A stretch of 20,000 nucleotides of DNA from Toensbergia leucococca (Eukaryota), in the NCBI GenBank assembly GCA_022813965.1, contig JALDZS010000129.1, positions 52,432 to 72,431 of the forward strand. Direction: 5' to 3'. The translations under genes were made by a program, and so were the position numbers. Shown piece by piece: positions 1 through 9,639 of the stretch; position 1 is the stretch's first letter; each line of letters begins with the position of its first letter. The notes under the pieces are model-generated. The model saw only the letters and a list, made by a program, of their open reading frames with translations. It was not told the origin of the DNA and did no database searches.

Positions 1-2190
1 CATGTTATACTCATTCTTATGTGCTGGCAGGAATTCTCCTCTCCAGGACCACGGCATCCTTCGATCGCACGTTTTACCAGGTCGGTTGAAGTCGCAAGCG
101 GCGCAGTCAGATTCCTGGATCATAGAATCGGGCTGCAATCGATTCGTAGTCATAATGTTTGGATACATGGACGCAACATCTAGATGATATATTGATGGCT
201 TCTCGTTTCTGTTTGGCGTAGCCTTTAGACTCTCTAACTTCTCAATGATCTCAGCCTTTACGTCGTCGTAATTTGTCACATCATCTAGAGACTTTTTTTC
301 TTCCACTACGATACTGAAACGCAAGGCGGCATCTAAATCTCGCAGGAGCTCGTCAACAGCGGTAGTATCCAATGCAAAATTGACTGGTATGTCGCTCCGG
401 AATACCCCAGCTTCGATACTTTCCACATGGCCTCCAACGTACGTCTCAGATTCAAGAAGATGGCCATCCCAGAATGTTTCTTTCGGCTCCTTGTGCTTGT
501 TTGGGAGTACAATACCTTTTTGATAAGCCTGGACCATGAGTAGCATTTCACAGAGTGTTCCGGTTCCTTTGCGTAGAACATCGTCAGGATTAAGGGGAAT
601 GATTGTACAGAGAGAGAATATGAAGGGATGAACGTATTTCATGTAGAGGTAGTAGGTGGCAACCGCATCCGAGACTGAGTATTCGGCCAACGTTTGCGGC
701 CTCTCGCTGGCATATCGTAACATGAGCTCTGGATCCAGCTCGTCAGGATCATATCCTAATTTCGCAACTGTGACAGCTTTGAGGCCTCGGCTTCCTTGGG
801 GCAGGTAGCTATCTCTGTTCACCCAGCTGAAACAGTCCATGTGGACGCAATAGTCACTCTGGTAGATGTCTTCGCTGTTCTTTCGGAAACCTATTTCCTG
901 GTACATGTCAATTCCAAGAACACTGGCTCTGGCTTCAACAAATGGCCAGTCAAAAAAATCCCCGTTGTAAGTCGCTATGACCGTCGGTTTAGCCTCTTTG
1001 ATGTGCAGAAAGAATCGTTCAATCAGCGCTTTCTCATTTGGCTCGTTGAAGATAAGGAAAGGTCCATCGTACTCGGGCTTTGGAGTGTATTCGAAATCAG
1101 AAATATCTTCTGATACAATCTCACGATTGGTAATTAAAAACCCCTGACCGTCAATCATATAGGATATCATCATGATCTGGTCGATCACGGCATCTGGAAA
1201 TTTTAAAGGTAATTTAGTCGTTTCGATATCGTAGGCCAGGACGACGGGATCCGCCCGTTGTAATCGTTCCTCAATGCAGGTGAAATTGGTGACGCCATGC
1301 TTTGCTTCTACTGTGTACCATTTACCAATTCGTATATCTAATCTCGTCAGTTTTATGCACTCAGCGTGTCATTCTGGAAGACATTATCACCTCTGTCGAT
1401 CGCAACTCGCACATGATAAGGAACATCATACTCCCGGATATCAACAATGTAATCGCTCGCATCTGCAATGCCATGAAGTCGTCTATCATTATCTCGTTCG
1501 TCATCATAAAGGTCAAATCCGGCGTTGGCACTAAGGAGGTGAGCGAATATACATTCTGTGTAAACAAGGGGGTTTACCATACCTTGCAACTTCAGCATAA
1601 GTATCCATAGCATTTAGCCCTTTCTTATTCTTCTCGGCAATTGGCATGATGGTTTTCCTTACGTTCAGTAGATCTCCAACGTTTGCAAAGGTCAGTTGCA
1701 GGAAGGTTCTCCTGTACCCCAGCAAATGATTTGGCATTTGTAGGTCCTCCTTCTCAAGCCTCCGTAGTCTCTTCACTAGGCCTTCGAACATTCGTCGGCA
1801 CCATTCTTCCACCTCGGCTTCTCTTCCCCTTTTCACGGCAATCAAGAAATATGGATCATATTCCATGGTGGCTTTGAAAGTGCCTCCATCCTCTTCTAAG
1901 AAGTAGTAGTCCACTCCAGCACGACCACCAGGAACCTTCTCATCTTCAACACTCGTGCTGTGCATGTTACAAAGCCATCCAACTTTCTTTTTTCCAGAAT
2001 CATAGCGAGCGAAGCCCATCGATTCATCGATGGTGTTGGCAAGGCGCGTGGCTTGGATTTTCTCATCTTGCGACGTTGCTTCGCTTGTACGAAGGGCAGA
2101 GGCGTCGATGGTTTTGGTGCGCGGATTGAAGGATGACTTGGCTGAGCGAAAATTACGCCCAAAGCTTCGATCCGGCTTGCGTGAAGGCAT
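1..2190 (-). CDS. POL2: DNA polymerase epsilon catalytic subunit, 5' part (runs off the window at base 1); exons 2190-1583, 1530-1391, 1337-<1
   Basis: N-terminal ORF contains GWLCNMH and YDPYFLIA. Introns 1582-1531 (GTATGG..GCTCAC..TAG) and 1390-1338 (GTGATA..CTGAC..TAG) join the frames into YAEVASANAGF and [13 protein letters not shown]. Exon 3 carries Exo[17 protein letters not shown] (~1195-1240), polymerase motif [14 protein letters not shown] (~150-190) and the Pol2 CysX Fe-S motif [13 protein letters not shown] (67-105). Confidence 0.98.
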
Positions 2191-2264
2191 GATGCCCTTT
2201 GGGAGAGGGGGTCTTTGTCAAGAGGTCTGAAGCTCTAAGGGACCGGATACCGCCGCATTATATG

Positions 2265-2406
2265 TTTCGCGCCTCAGTTCAATTGGATCGTTATGTTTTG
2301 GGGTTCGGCCATTTGATAAGCTCCCAAAACCGAAGACGGTGTTGTTCGCTGAGCATGTTAAAGTGCTTCACGATTCAGTCGCGTTTTCGGTCATTTCGAG
2401 ACGCGT
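2265..2406. promoter_or_regulatory. G1/S (MBF/SBF-type) elements in the POL2/COX20 divergent promoter
   Basis: TTTCGCG (= SCB CGCGAAA) at 2265-2271, TCGCGT (= ACGCGA) at 2379-2384 and a perfect MCB ACGCGT at 2401-2406, all within 220 bp upstream of a replicative polymerase gene. Confidence 0.65.
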
Positions 2407-2454
2407 TCTGAAGTGGAAGAACTAAGATCCATATCCCTGCTAGTGTCCGCGGCA

Positions 2455-2477
2455 GACGGCCGACAGCCGACAGCCGA
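2455..2477 (+). repeat. Short tandem repeat, about 3 x GACAGCC
   Basis: GACGGCC GACAGCC GACAGCC GA, located upstream of the COX20 ATG. Confidence 0.6.
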
Positions 2478-2523
2478 GATACTTAGTCAATAAGTGCAGA
2501 AACACACGCAGCATCCAAACAGC

Positions 2524-3094
2524 ATGGCCGCAGATACTCGGGACGACACCCCATCCCCGAAGACGCCTGAGGATCGCTCAAACCCCCCGCCACATCGAGG
2601 GAAAACCTACGAAACGTTCAATGTCCCCGCAGCACCTGAAAATGCAAATGCCTTACCGGGAGGAAATACGAACACTGCCGGCGGAAGACCTAAGGAGGTA
2701 GGCATCATCGACGCTGCCAAGACGGTCAGACTAGAGGATTTAAAAGAGGTGCATAAGAAACCATGCGTGCGGGACGCGCTGTTGACAGGCATCGGTGCTG
2801 GCTTCGGCATCGGTGGCATACGTGGCATCTTAGGAGGTGGCGTATAGTACTATGCCTCAAAATGTTGCGTAGTAGCTAACGATTCTAGCACCAATCTTCA
2901 TTGCTTGTAATTGGGCCGTTGGAACTTTCTGCTTTGGTTCATTTGCAATGTACCAATTCTGCCAGAGAAAAAGGCAGTTGGAGATGCAAGGTATGAAAAG
3001 GGCCGTAGAAATTATTGACCGAAAGAAGCTCGAAAAGGAACAGAAGGCCGAGGAAGCTAGAGCGGCGAGAAGGCGGGCAAAGGAGGGTGCTTAA
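2524..3094 (+). CDS. COX20: Cytochrome c oxidase assembly factor Cox20 (172 aa); exons 2524-2836, 2889-3094
   Basis: PCVRDALLTGIGAGFGIGGIR joins through intron 2837-2888 (GTGGCG..GCTAAC..TAG) to APIFIACNWAVGTFCFGSFAMYQFCQRKRQLEMQGMKRAVEII. These are the two TM segments and conserved Cys/NWA pattern of Cox20. Stop TAA at 3092-3094. Confidence 0.92.
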
Positions 3095-3322
3095 GATGGT
3101 TGAAAATGCATTTTCTTGTTGTCTCCAACGGCTAAAGTCTACAGTACTCACACTTCTAGTTAATGCCAATGTCCGGCTGCCGTGATTTATAAGCAGGGTT
3201 ATTTTTGAACCAAAGTCCTGATACATGAGGGGTTCATACGTGGTGTTTGCCTTTGTGGAATCGCCTACTAATGTCACTGTTACAAAGTCGCAATGTTGTG
3301 ACCCCCAGTAACATGAATCCCT

Positions 3323-5080
3323 TTACCGAGTAGGGCGGAGGTCTACAACTTCAAACTCCAAGCCCTTGGCTTCAAAGACATGTCCTGGCCTCAGCGCATC
3401 AGTATAGATATCACTTTCGGCATGCGGATGGAAAAGCCCAGTTTGTGTACAGTCTAGAATTGATCTCATTCCCGGCGGGTCAGTAAGGCGGAAAACACCC
3501 CATCTATGACGGTCAGCCTTGTACGTTCTTGAAGATAAAGACAACACGTACTTTCCCTTACTCGGAGCACAAACAATGGCAATGCTTTCAGGCATCATCA
3601 CCTGATAACCACAATGAGTATGCAAATCCCGGGAACTCATGAAGCAGGTTTGCGTTGGATGAGTATGGATCCAGCCCAGAACCATGAGGTCCTCCCCATC
3701 GACAAAATCAAAAAGACTGCTTTCGTTCACCGTCTCACAAGTATCTGATGTGCTTTCTTGGTCGGGTATCACAAGTTTAGAGATGAACAACGCGTTTGAT
3801 ATCAGGGTACCGCATAAAATACCACAGGTCTCGAGGTTAGCGCGTGTGTTAGGAAGAGCAAGAGAGAGAAAGCGATGGCGAAGATCTGGAGGCAGGAAGA
3901 TGGTGCGGAGAGGACTCCCGTTTTCCAGGTATGCCGAGGGCTTGAATGTGAACGTTGAAGGCTTCAGATCCACCTGCTGCGGCGGCATCGTGATCGAGGG
4001 TTGGGAAGAAGGCTCATCGCGAAACGCTAGAGGTTTCTCCAGCTTGGGAGGTTGGGGCACATCATAAGACGGTGGTCTGTTGTCTTTCGGAGGAATCTCT
4101 GGTGGTTTCGTAGCTTTCAATATACCTGGAGATGTGGCGCCTTTTGCTGAGCTTGGAAGAAGCGGATCTGGCTTCCACGTCTCATATGCACTTTTCTCAG
4201 GAACTGTTGGGTAGTAATAGGGTGACGTCTGAGCCTCGAATGATGGACGTTTACTCCAAGTTCGAGTAGTCTCGCTCGTGGAACCGTTTACTTGTAACCG
4301 AACGTTTTGCATTTGTTTGCTCAAAGTATCTCGATCCATTCCTTGATCGTCCTGGGTGAAGGCTTCCTCCCAGTTTCCCCATAACCCTGCAGTGCGCCTT
4401 CCCTGCTCTTCTTCTTCAGATATCCCAGCTTGTCGCGTAGCCTTTCTGGCAGTAGCTCGCCGCTTGATCTCTTTGTGTGCCAACCTCACGGCCAAATCTT
4501 TGTTATCTCCGGCGGCCAATGCCTCGGTGCTGCCAGCGACAGCAGGATCTGACGGGAAACGTACGTGCTTGCTCGGTTGATTCGAAGTGCTTGGGTCCTT
4601 ATCGTAGGATTTCCTTGTCGAATTAGTGGACGCATTCCTGGCGTCTCGATCCCGGATGAGCTGCTCATATCTATCGTAGCGCTTGTTAATTCGTGGTTTG
4701 AGTACCTCTAATTTAGCAAGGCTGTTCTGAACCTCCTTTTCAGCTTGAAGGAGATTGAATCGATTCTCTTGTTCTCGCGCATCAGGATGGCTTGAAAGGC
4801 TACCTAGTACTAATTGTGCATGGCGGAAAAGTAGAAGGTACGTCTGCTGGTCATTTCCTTCATGCTCATAAATCTCCGCCTGTAAGACAACGTCAGCTGG
4901 AGAATACAACACTATGGAGAGGTGGAAAGATGCCTCTTTTAACAGAGTAGCAGCGGTCCTCAGCCAATATTTGAGTGGTATCAGAGGGTTGTAGTCAAAG
5001 CTCTGTGCTTTCTTAACAATCTGCTCCACGTTCATCGGCCTTGGAGGAGCTGTCTCGTCGCCATGGCTGCGTTCATCCAT
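3323..5080 (-). CDS. AMSH/STAMBP-like (Sst2-type) endosomal JAMM deubiquitinase (~551 aa spliced); exons 5080-4934, 4879-3552, 3503-3323
   Basis: N-terminal USP8-dimer/MIT-like helical domain (YWLRTAATLLKE|AEIYEHEGNDQQTYLLLFRH) and a Pro-rich linker. C-terminal JAMM domain: ETCG...GWIHTHPTQTCFMSSRDLHTH, with the second Zn site CTQTGLFHPH. Two in-frame introns inferred (4933-4880 GC-AG; 3551-3504 GT-AG). Confidence 0.95.
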   Translation of the reverse strand: MDERSHGDETAPPRPMNVEQIVKKAQSFDYNPLIPLKYWLRTAATLLKEASFHLSIVLYSPADVVLQAEIYEHEGNDQQTYLLLFRHAQLVLGSLSSHPDAREQENRFNLLQAEKEVQNSLAKLEVLKPRINKRYDRYEQLIRDRDARNASTNSTRKSYDKDPSTSNQPSKHVRFPSDPAVAGSTEALAAGDNKDLAVRLAHKEIKRRATARKATRQAGISEEEEQGRRTAGLWGNWEEAFTQDDQGMDRDTLSKQMQNVRLQVNGSTSETTRTWSKRPSFEAQTSPYYYPTVPEKSAYETWKPDPLLPSSAKGATSPGILKATKPPEIPPKDNRPPSYDVPQPPKLEKPLAFRDEPSSQPSITMPPQQVDLKPSTFTFKPSAYLENGSPLRTIFLPPDLRHRFLSLALPNTRANLETCGILCGTLISNALFISKLVIPDQESTSDTCETVNESSLFDFVDGEDLMVLGWIHTHPTQTCFMSSRDLHTHCGYQVMMPESIAIVCAPSKGKYVLSLSSRTYKADRHRWGVFRLTDPPGMRSILDCTQTGLFHPHAESDIYTDALRPGHVFEAKGLEFEVVDLRPTR

Positions 5081-5187
5081 TACCAGTCAATATTACAGCG
5101 AGATGAGTCGTCGTGATATCATATTTCGAAGATGCTGTTGCCTCACTTCTTAATACGTGACGCTTTACTTTCGGCACAGGGCACGAT

Positions 5188-5196
5188 TACTCCGTA
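5188..5196 (+). promoter_or_regulatory. Candidate cis-element TACTCCGTA, copy 1 (AMSH/MTF1 divergent promoter)
   Basis: Exact 9-mer recurring at 9514 and 12568, each time in upstream intergenic DNA. Confidence 0.45.
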
Positions 5197-5431
5197 GGCC
5201 GATAACATTTTTGGTTTTCACGTCACTGATATTTTGTCACTTTCATCCGTCACATCGAGGTCGTGGTTAGATACATATGACTTCTACGCGTAGATAGGTA
5301 TCACAGCGTTTGCAGAATTGAATTTGCCTCTCTCGATAAATTCGAAATTCCTTCAGCCATTCTCAACATCGAGCTACCAATCTTTGGTGAATCTTTCGCA
5401 TATCACACATCTTCATGGACCTTACTGGAAC

Positions 5432-7307
5432 ATGCGCAGTTCCGTTATTCTCCAAGCTTTTAAACACCCCTTGATCGAGAAACTGACAGGTCTGCGGCCT
5501 AAGGATTTGCATAGCACAACCATCGTAAGCCCTGGCCTCTGTGGTACGTCGAAGCCAAGCACAAGGCATCTTGCGCAATCCTTCTTCATAATATCATGCC
5601 TAAGATCTGATAGATGATGTCCTCCGACAACTTCGCCCAAGTCTTGCCCGACACACCAATTGCGATATCATTGACATTAACCCTGGGGCGGGCTTATTTT
5701 CATCCAAAATCCATGATATTTTGAAGCCACGGACCCATATTCTTGTTCAACGCCATGACAATTACCTTCCACTTCTCAAACCTTTGGTTGATCTTCCTGG
5801 TTCTCGTTACCATCTAGTAGATTGGAATGACGCGGAATCATGGGACGCTTCACGCTACATTGCTGAAGGCCTGTTACCTGGTCAGAAGCCAGTAGAGTCT
5901 AAAAATCCAGGAAATATGAGGCGGAATGATGCATTGCTTATACTTGCAAATGTGACGTCTGCGAATCAGATTCATAGCTCTCCAGCTAGTGCAGCTAATG
6001 CAGCCGCAGTTCATAAATCTTCCTTGAAAATTTATGACTACCTACAAGCGTTGAAAGGAATGTCAGGATTTCATGCTGATGGCCCGGTCAGAATGTTACT
6101 GTGGGTGAACGACTCTGAAAAGCATGCCGTCCTGCCGCGGGGAATTGCGCGCCGAAAGAAACTTAGTGTTCAAGTAGACATGATGTGCCAGGTCGACGAG
6201 ATTGTTAGTGCTTTAGGAGCACCTGAACTCCCGAAACAATTTGCCCGTGAAACCTATCTGGACATTGAGAGTGGAATGCGAGTTGCGAAGCGAATGGCAC
6301 AGCACGGATTTGAAATACCCCAAGAACGCCAAGATGAAATACAGCAGCAAGTACAACATGCATTACTACACCCAAACATTCTTGGCAAAGCAGCATCGCC
6401 AACTTCTATTGGATGGGAATCCAGTGTGCACCGCGAATGGCACGAAGAGCATAGTCGCTTGAAACAAGGATTTGAAGTTGGGACCTTCACTAAATACATC
6501 GGAGGCCCCCCTGGATTGAAAAACTTCAGTGTTCGATCAACTCCGAAAAATCCGAGAAAAATGACGCCAGAATACGAGACGTGGAAACGCTTGGAGGTCA
6601 ATTTCAAGATTCAGCAGAAAAATAAGGGGAAAGTGGAAAGCTTCATTCAGGACGAAGCAAAGATAGATGCTCTCTATGCTCGTATTTTGAAGGAGGACCT
6701 TGGTGAGGCCAAACGGAAGGCCCAATTAGAGGAGGTAGATCGTAACGTTCGACAGATGAAGGACCGCTTAGAGACTGTTGCTCTAGCCATACGAGATCTC
6801 TTTTCGGTCACAAGCGATAACAGGAAAGCGTTTGCTCAAGAGCCACCGCTACTGATGTGGGACCGGCGAGAATCAGAGCCGATTGGAGCATACGAAGATG
6901 AATGGTATCCACCAAAGCACATGGCATTACTTGACTTTCAGCCCAGGCTTTCGTATCAATCCTCCATGACTGCAGCACAGGAAGCTTGCGTAGACCCTAT
7001 TCTGGGCACCCTCTTCGCTCAGGGGGGCTCGAACATTCTTGCCGGCATTGATTCGCTTGCCCCTGGGGCAGCAAAAGCCTTGGTACCCCACTTATCCTCG
7101 CTCCAGGATCCGAAGAAAGGCGGAAAATATGACCTGAGGAGCTTCCATCCTCGAATGCTTACGCCTGCAATGGTGAAAGAAATAGTTGTTGCTTGGGAAA
7201 AGTGGCCGTTTAAGCCCAATTTAGCGGTTCTCATGAACTCGATTAGAAGTGTCAAAGATGATAAGGACCGACGATACAGGCACGGAGGGCAACCGAACCC
7301 TTTTTGA
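5432..7307 (+). CDS. MTF1: Mitochondrial transcription factor 1 (Mtf1/TFB2M-like, rRNA dimethylase fold), ~601 aa; exons 5432-5543, 5614-7307
   Basis: IVSPGLC|DDVL across intron 5544-5613 (GTACGT..TAG). SAM-fold motif IIDINPGAGLFSSKI, followed by LKPRTHILV, GPVRMLLWV, PLLMWDRR, MALLDFQP and the C-terminal AWEKWPFKP, all recalled as typical of filamentous-fungal Mtf1. The start codon is uncertain. Confidence 0.85.
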
Positions 7308-8062
7308 GCGTACAAGCCTTAGGGTGCATCTATGATCATTGGCGGCATTGCGGGCGTATTACTGTATCGAGCTTGAATGTACCATTATGTAAAAGGCGGG
7401 TATCACGCCGGCGGGCATTGCTCATTCTATTTTCTGGATCTCTACATATCTGCTTGCGAGCTTCAGCGACCCTACGATTCTTTTCGTTGGAGTCGGTGCA
7501 TCACCTGTACTTTGGGTCTGTGTCGCTCTGCTCGTCATGACCAAAACATTTCGACGGCGTATGAGGCCCGCTCAAACATTTGTGGTGGCGAGCTTCACTA
7601 CACAGCACAAGAACGTCTTCAAATAGTCATGAAAGGCGAAATGGGCCTTCACCGCTGAAATTTCAAAACATTCCCAATATCAAAGATTCATCTTGGACAT
7701 TTGAAGCACATGATCATCTTCAGTACACTTGTCGCTCGCTGTCTTTAGCATTGCCATTTTGCTCATGTTTATGGTGCGTGGTAGTCAGATGCTCTACGAG
7801 CAGGCACACGGATCGGAGAAAACTCCAAGTTATGCTTGAGAAGTACTGCACAAATTCTCCGGGGTTGGGTCAAGTCTTTACAGATGAGCACTATGAATTT
7901 CTTGAGGCATATATGCATCAGCTGGTGGTTATCCAATGAGAATCCTGTTCTCATCAATGGCAAAAAAAGCTTTGAGGACAAAATGACCGCTCTGTACGAG
8001 GTCTCTTAAGGTGTTTTCTTGATGGGCCGTTTCTAATCTTTGATAACGAGAATGTATTTCTA

Positions 8063-9307
8063 CTATTTCTTTGGTGCACTCACTATGTTGCGAGAAAAAA
8101 CAGCACTGGACGCCTCTGCTCTTTTCAAGCGCTGTTTAGCCTCGATACCAGTGCGGTCTGTGACAAGTGTTGCGTTGATGATATTGTCAAAAGCTTCGTT
8201 GTCAGAGACGTCTGATCCTGACTCGGCATCTGAGTCTGTGGGCAAGGGGTCAGGTCGAGATATTTTTTGGGGTTGCGGTTTCGAATCTGCACTGGGGTTG
8301 GTAAAGGGTTTCGACTGCAAGACTCGCCGTCGTAACTCGGCCATTTCTTCTGCGTCATCCGATTCGTCGGATAGGTCTAGCGGGTCTCTATCAACTTCCA
8401 CTCCTCCATCCTCCTCTTCCTCTCCCTCCTCTCCCTCATCATGTTCCTCACCGCCCGAACCACTATCGTCTTCCTCATCGGAATCGATAACCGGCCGCCT
8501 GTTCACGTTGCCTCCTTTCCATGCGTCTTCCTTGTCAGCACCATTGCCTTCTGCCCGACTCTCTGCATATTCTCGCTCGATCTTCTCAAGCCACACCTCC
8601 TCTGCCTTTTTGACCTCCTCCTCGCTCGTACATGCAGCATATCGCTTGAGTAGCTGCGAATTGATTTCTAGAAACGGCTCGCCGTAGGAAAAAGGTGCTA
8701 GAACCTCATGTGCCCAGTCTTCATGTCTACAGATATAGAAACACGCGGCAAGCGCCTCCACGCAGTTCAGCCGCCACGGACGGCCGTAGTTGACCGAGTT
8801 AGCGGCAACTAGATATGGCACTAGAACTAGTCAGATGTTGGGATTCTCTAAAGACAGAATCAGCAGCTCTGACGCAGTCTCTCGCATTTGCCCCCGATCT
8901 TCGCCCACGGAACCTCCTTGATTCTGACCCACGAACACTCCACCACGGCCGCTCCGAATTGCTCTAATAGCTCCCGATCGGCTGGTGAAATCGTGCGCTT
9001 TGCATTTGGTCTTTGCGGTCACAATCAGCTATTTGTAGGGATACTCAATATTAGATACGCCTTACGATATCACAACCCCGGAGAACTTTTGGCCGATGGA
9101 TAATTCCCTCATCAAACCGAAATGCATAAGGCGTTTACCGGAGCACCTTTTGGGGTCGCAGTGCTCGAGATCCCAGCATGCAGCTTTGAAAGGGGGTCTT
9201 TGGGGAGTGGTTTCATTGTCTGGGTCGTGAGAGGGCGCTTTCTGCCGGTGGGGATTTGAATTCTTCTTGCCCTTGGAGGAGAAGGCGTCCTTTTTGTGGC
9301 GAACCAT
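8063..9307 (-). CDS. TSR3: 18S rRNA aminocarboxypropyltransferase Tsr3 (378 aa); exons 9307-9066, 9010-8874, 8820-8063
   Basis: WDLEHCDPKRCSGKRL, ISPAD, VVECSW and [28 protein letters not shown], followed by an acidic C-terminal tail. Introns 9065-9011 (GTAAGG..CTGAT..AAG) and 8873-8821 (GTCAGA..CTGAC..TAG). Tandem TAG TAG stop. Confidence 0.97.
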
Positions 9308-9513
9308 TGTGTTTCAGTTGATGGGATAGTACTTGTTTCTTGAATACTATTCAAGGATGAAATCGTTTACACAAGGTAGTGAAAAGAAATGTACAATTAA
9401 GATAAGGTACCTTAGACCGGTACTTTAGGGTTGCGCCAATGACATAAATGCGCCTCGGGCTGATCTTCGGGCCGCCAACGCCAACGCCAATCATCAATCG
9501 CTGGAACTACAGA

Positions 9514-9522
9514 TACTCCGTA
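9514..9522 (+). promoter_or_regulatory. Candidate cis-element TACTCCGTA, copy 2 (TSR3/GGA divergent promoter)
   Basis: Exact match to the copies at 5188 and 12568. Confidence 0.45.
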
Positions 9523-9639
9523 GACAATTCGAGGGATTGCATATCACTGCCTACAAACTCATCAAAGTCAGACTCAATCAGTGGATCAATCTACCTCTCA
9601 CATTGCTACAAAAAAGTATCGAGTAGGAGGACATTAACC

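Noticed and set aside
1..1337. No long POL2 ORF in the supplied track, suggesting a pseudogene or intein
   Set aside because: Where I translated it, the frame is open with intact catalytic motifs and no insertion. It is missing from the track only because it has no stop inside the window.
7308..8062. Possible hidden gene in the 755-bp gap between convergent MTF1 and TSR3 (ORFs 7377-7658 and 7580-7939; hydrophobic stop-free frame 7393-7626)
   Set aside because: No recognisable motif, no convincing start or intron structure, and no room for a promoter. A tblastx against relatives could still reveal a decayed gene.
8040..8687. Ser-rich 215-aa + strand ORF
   Set aside because: Antisense shadow of the acidic TSR3 tail.
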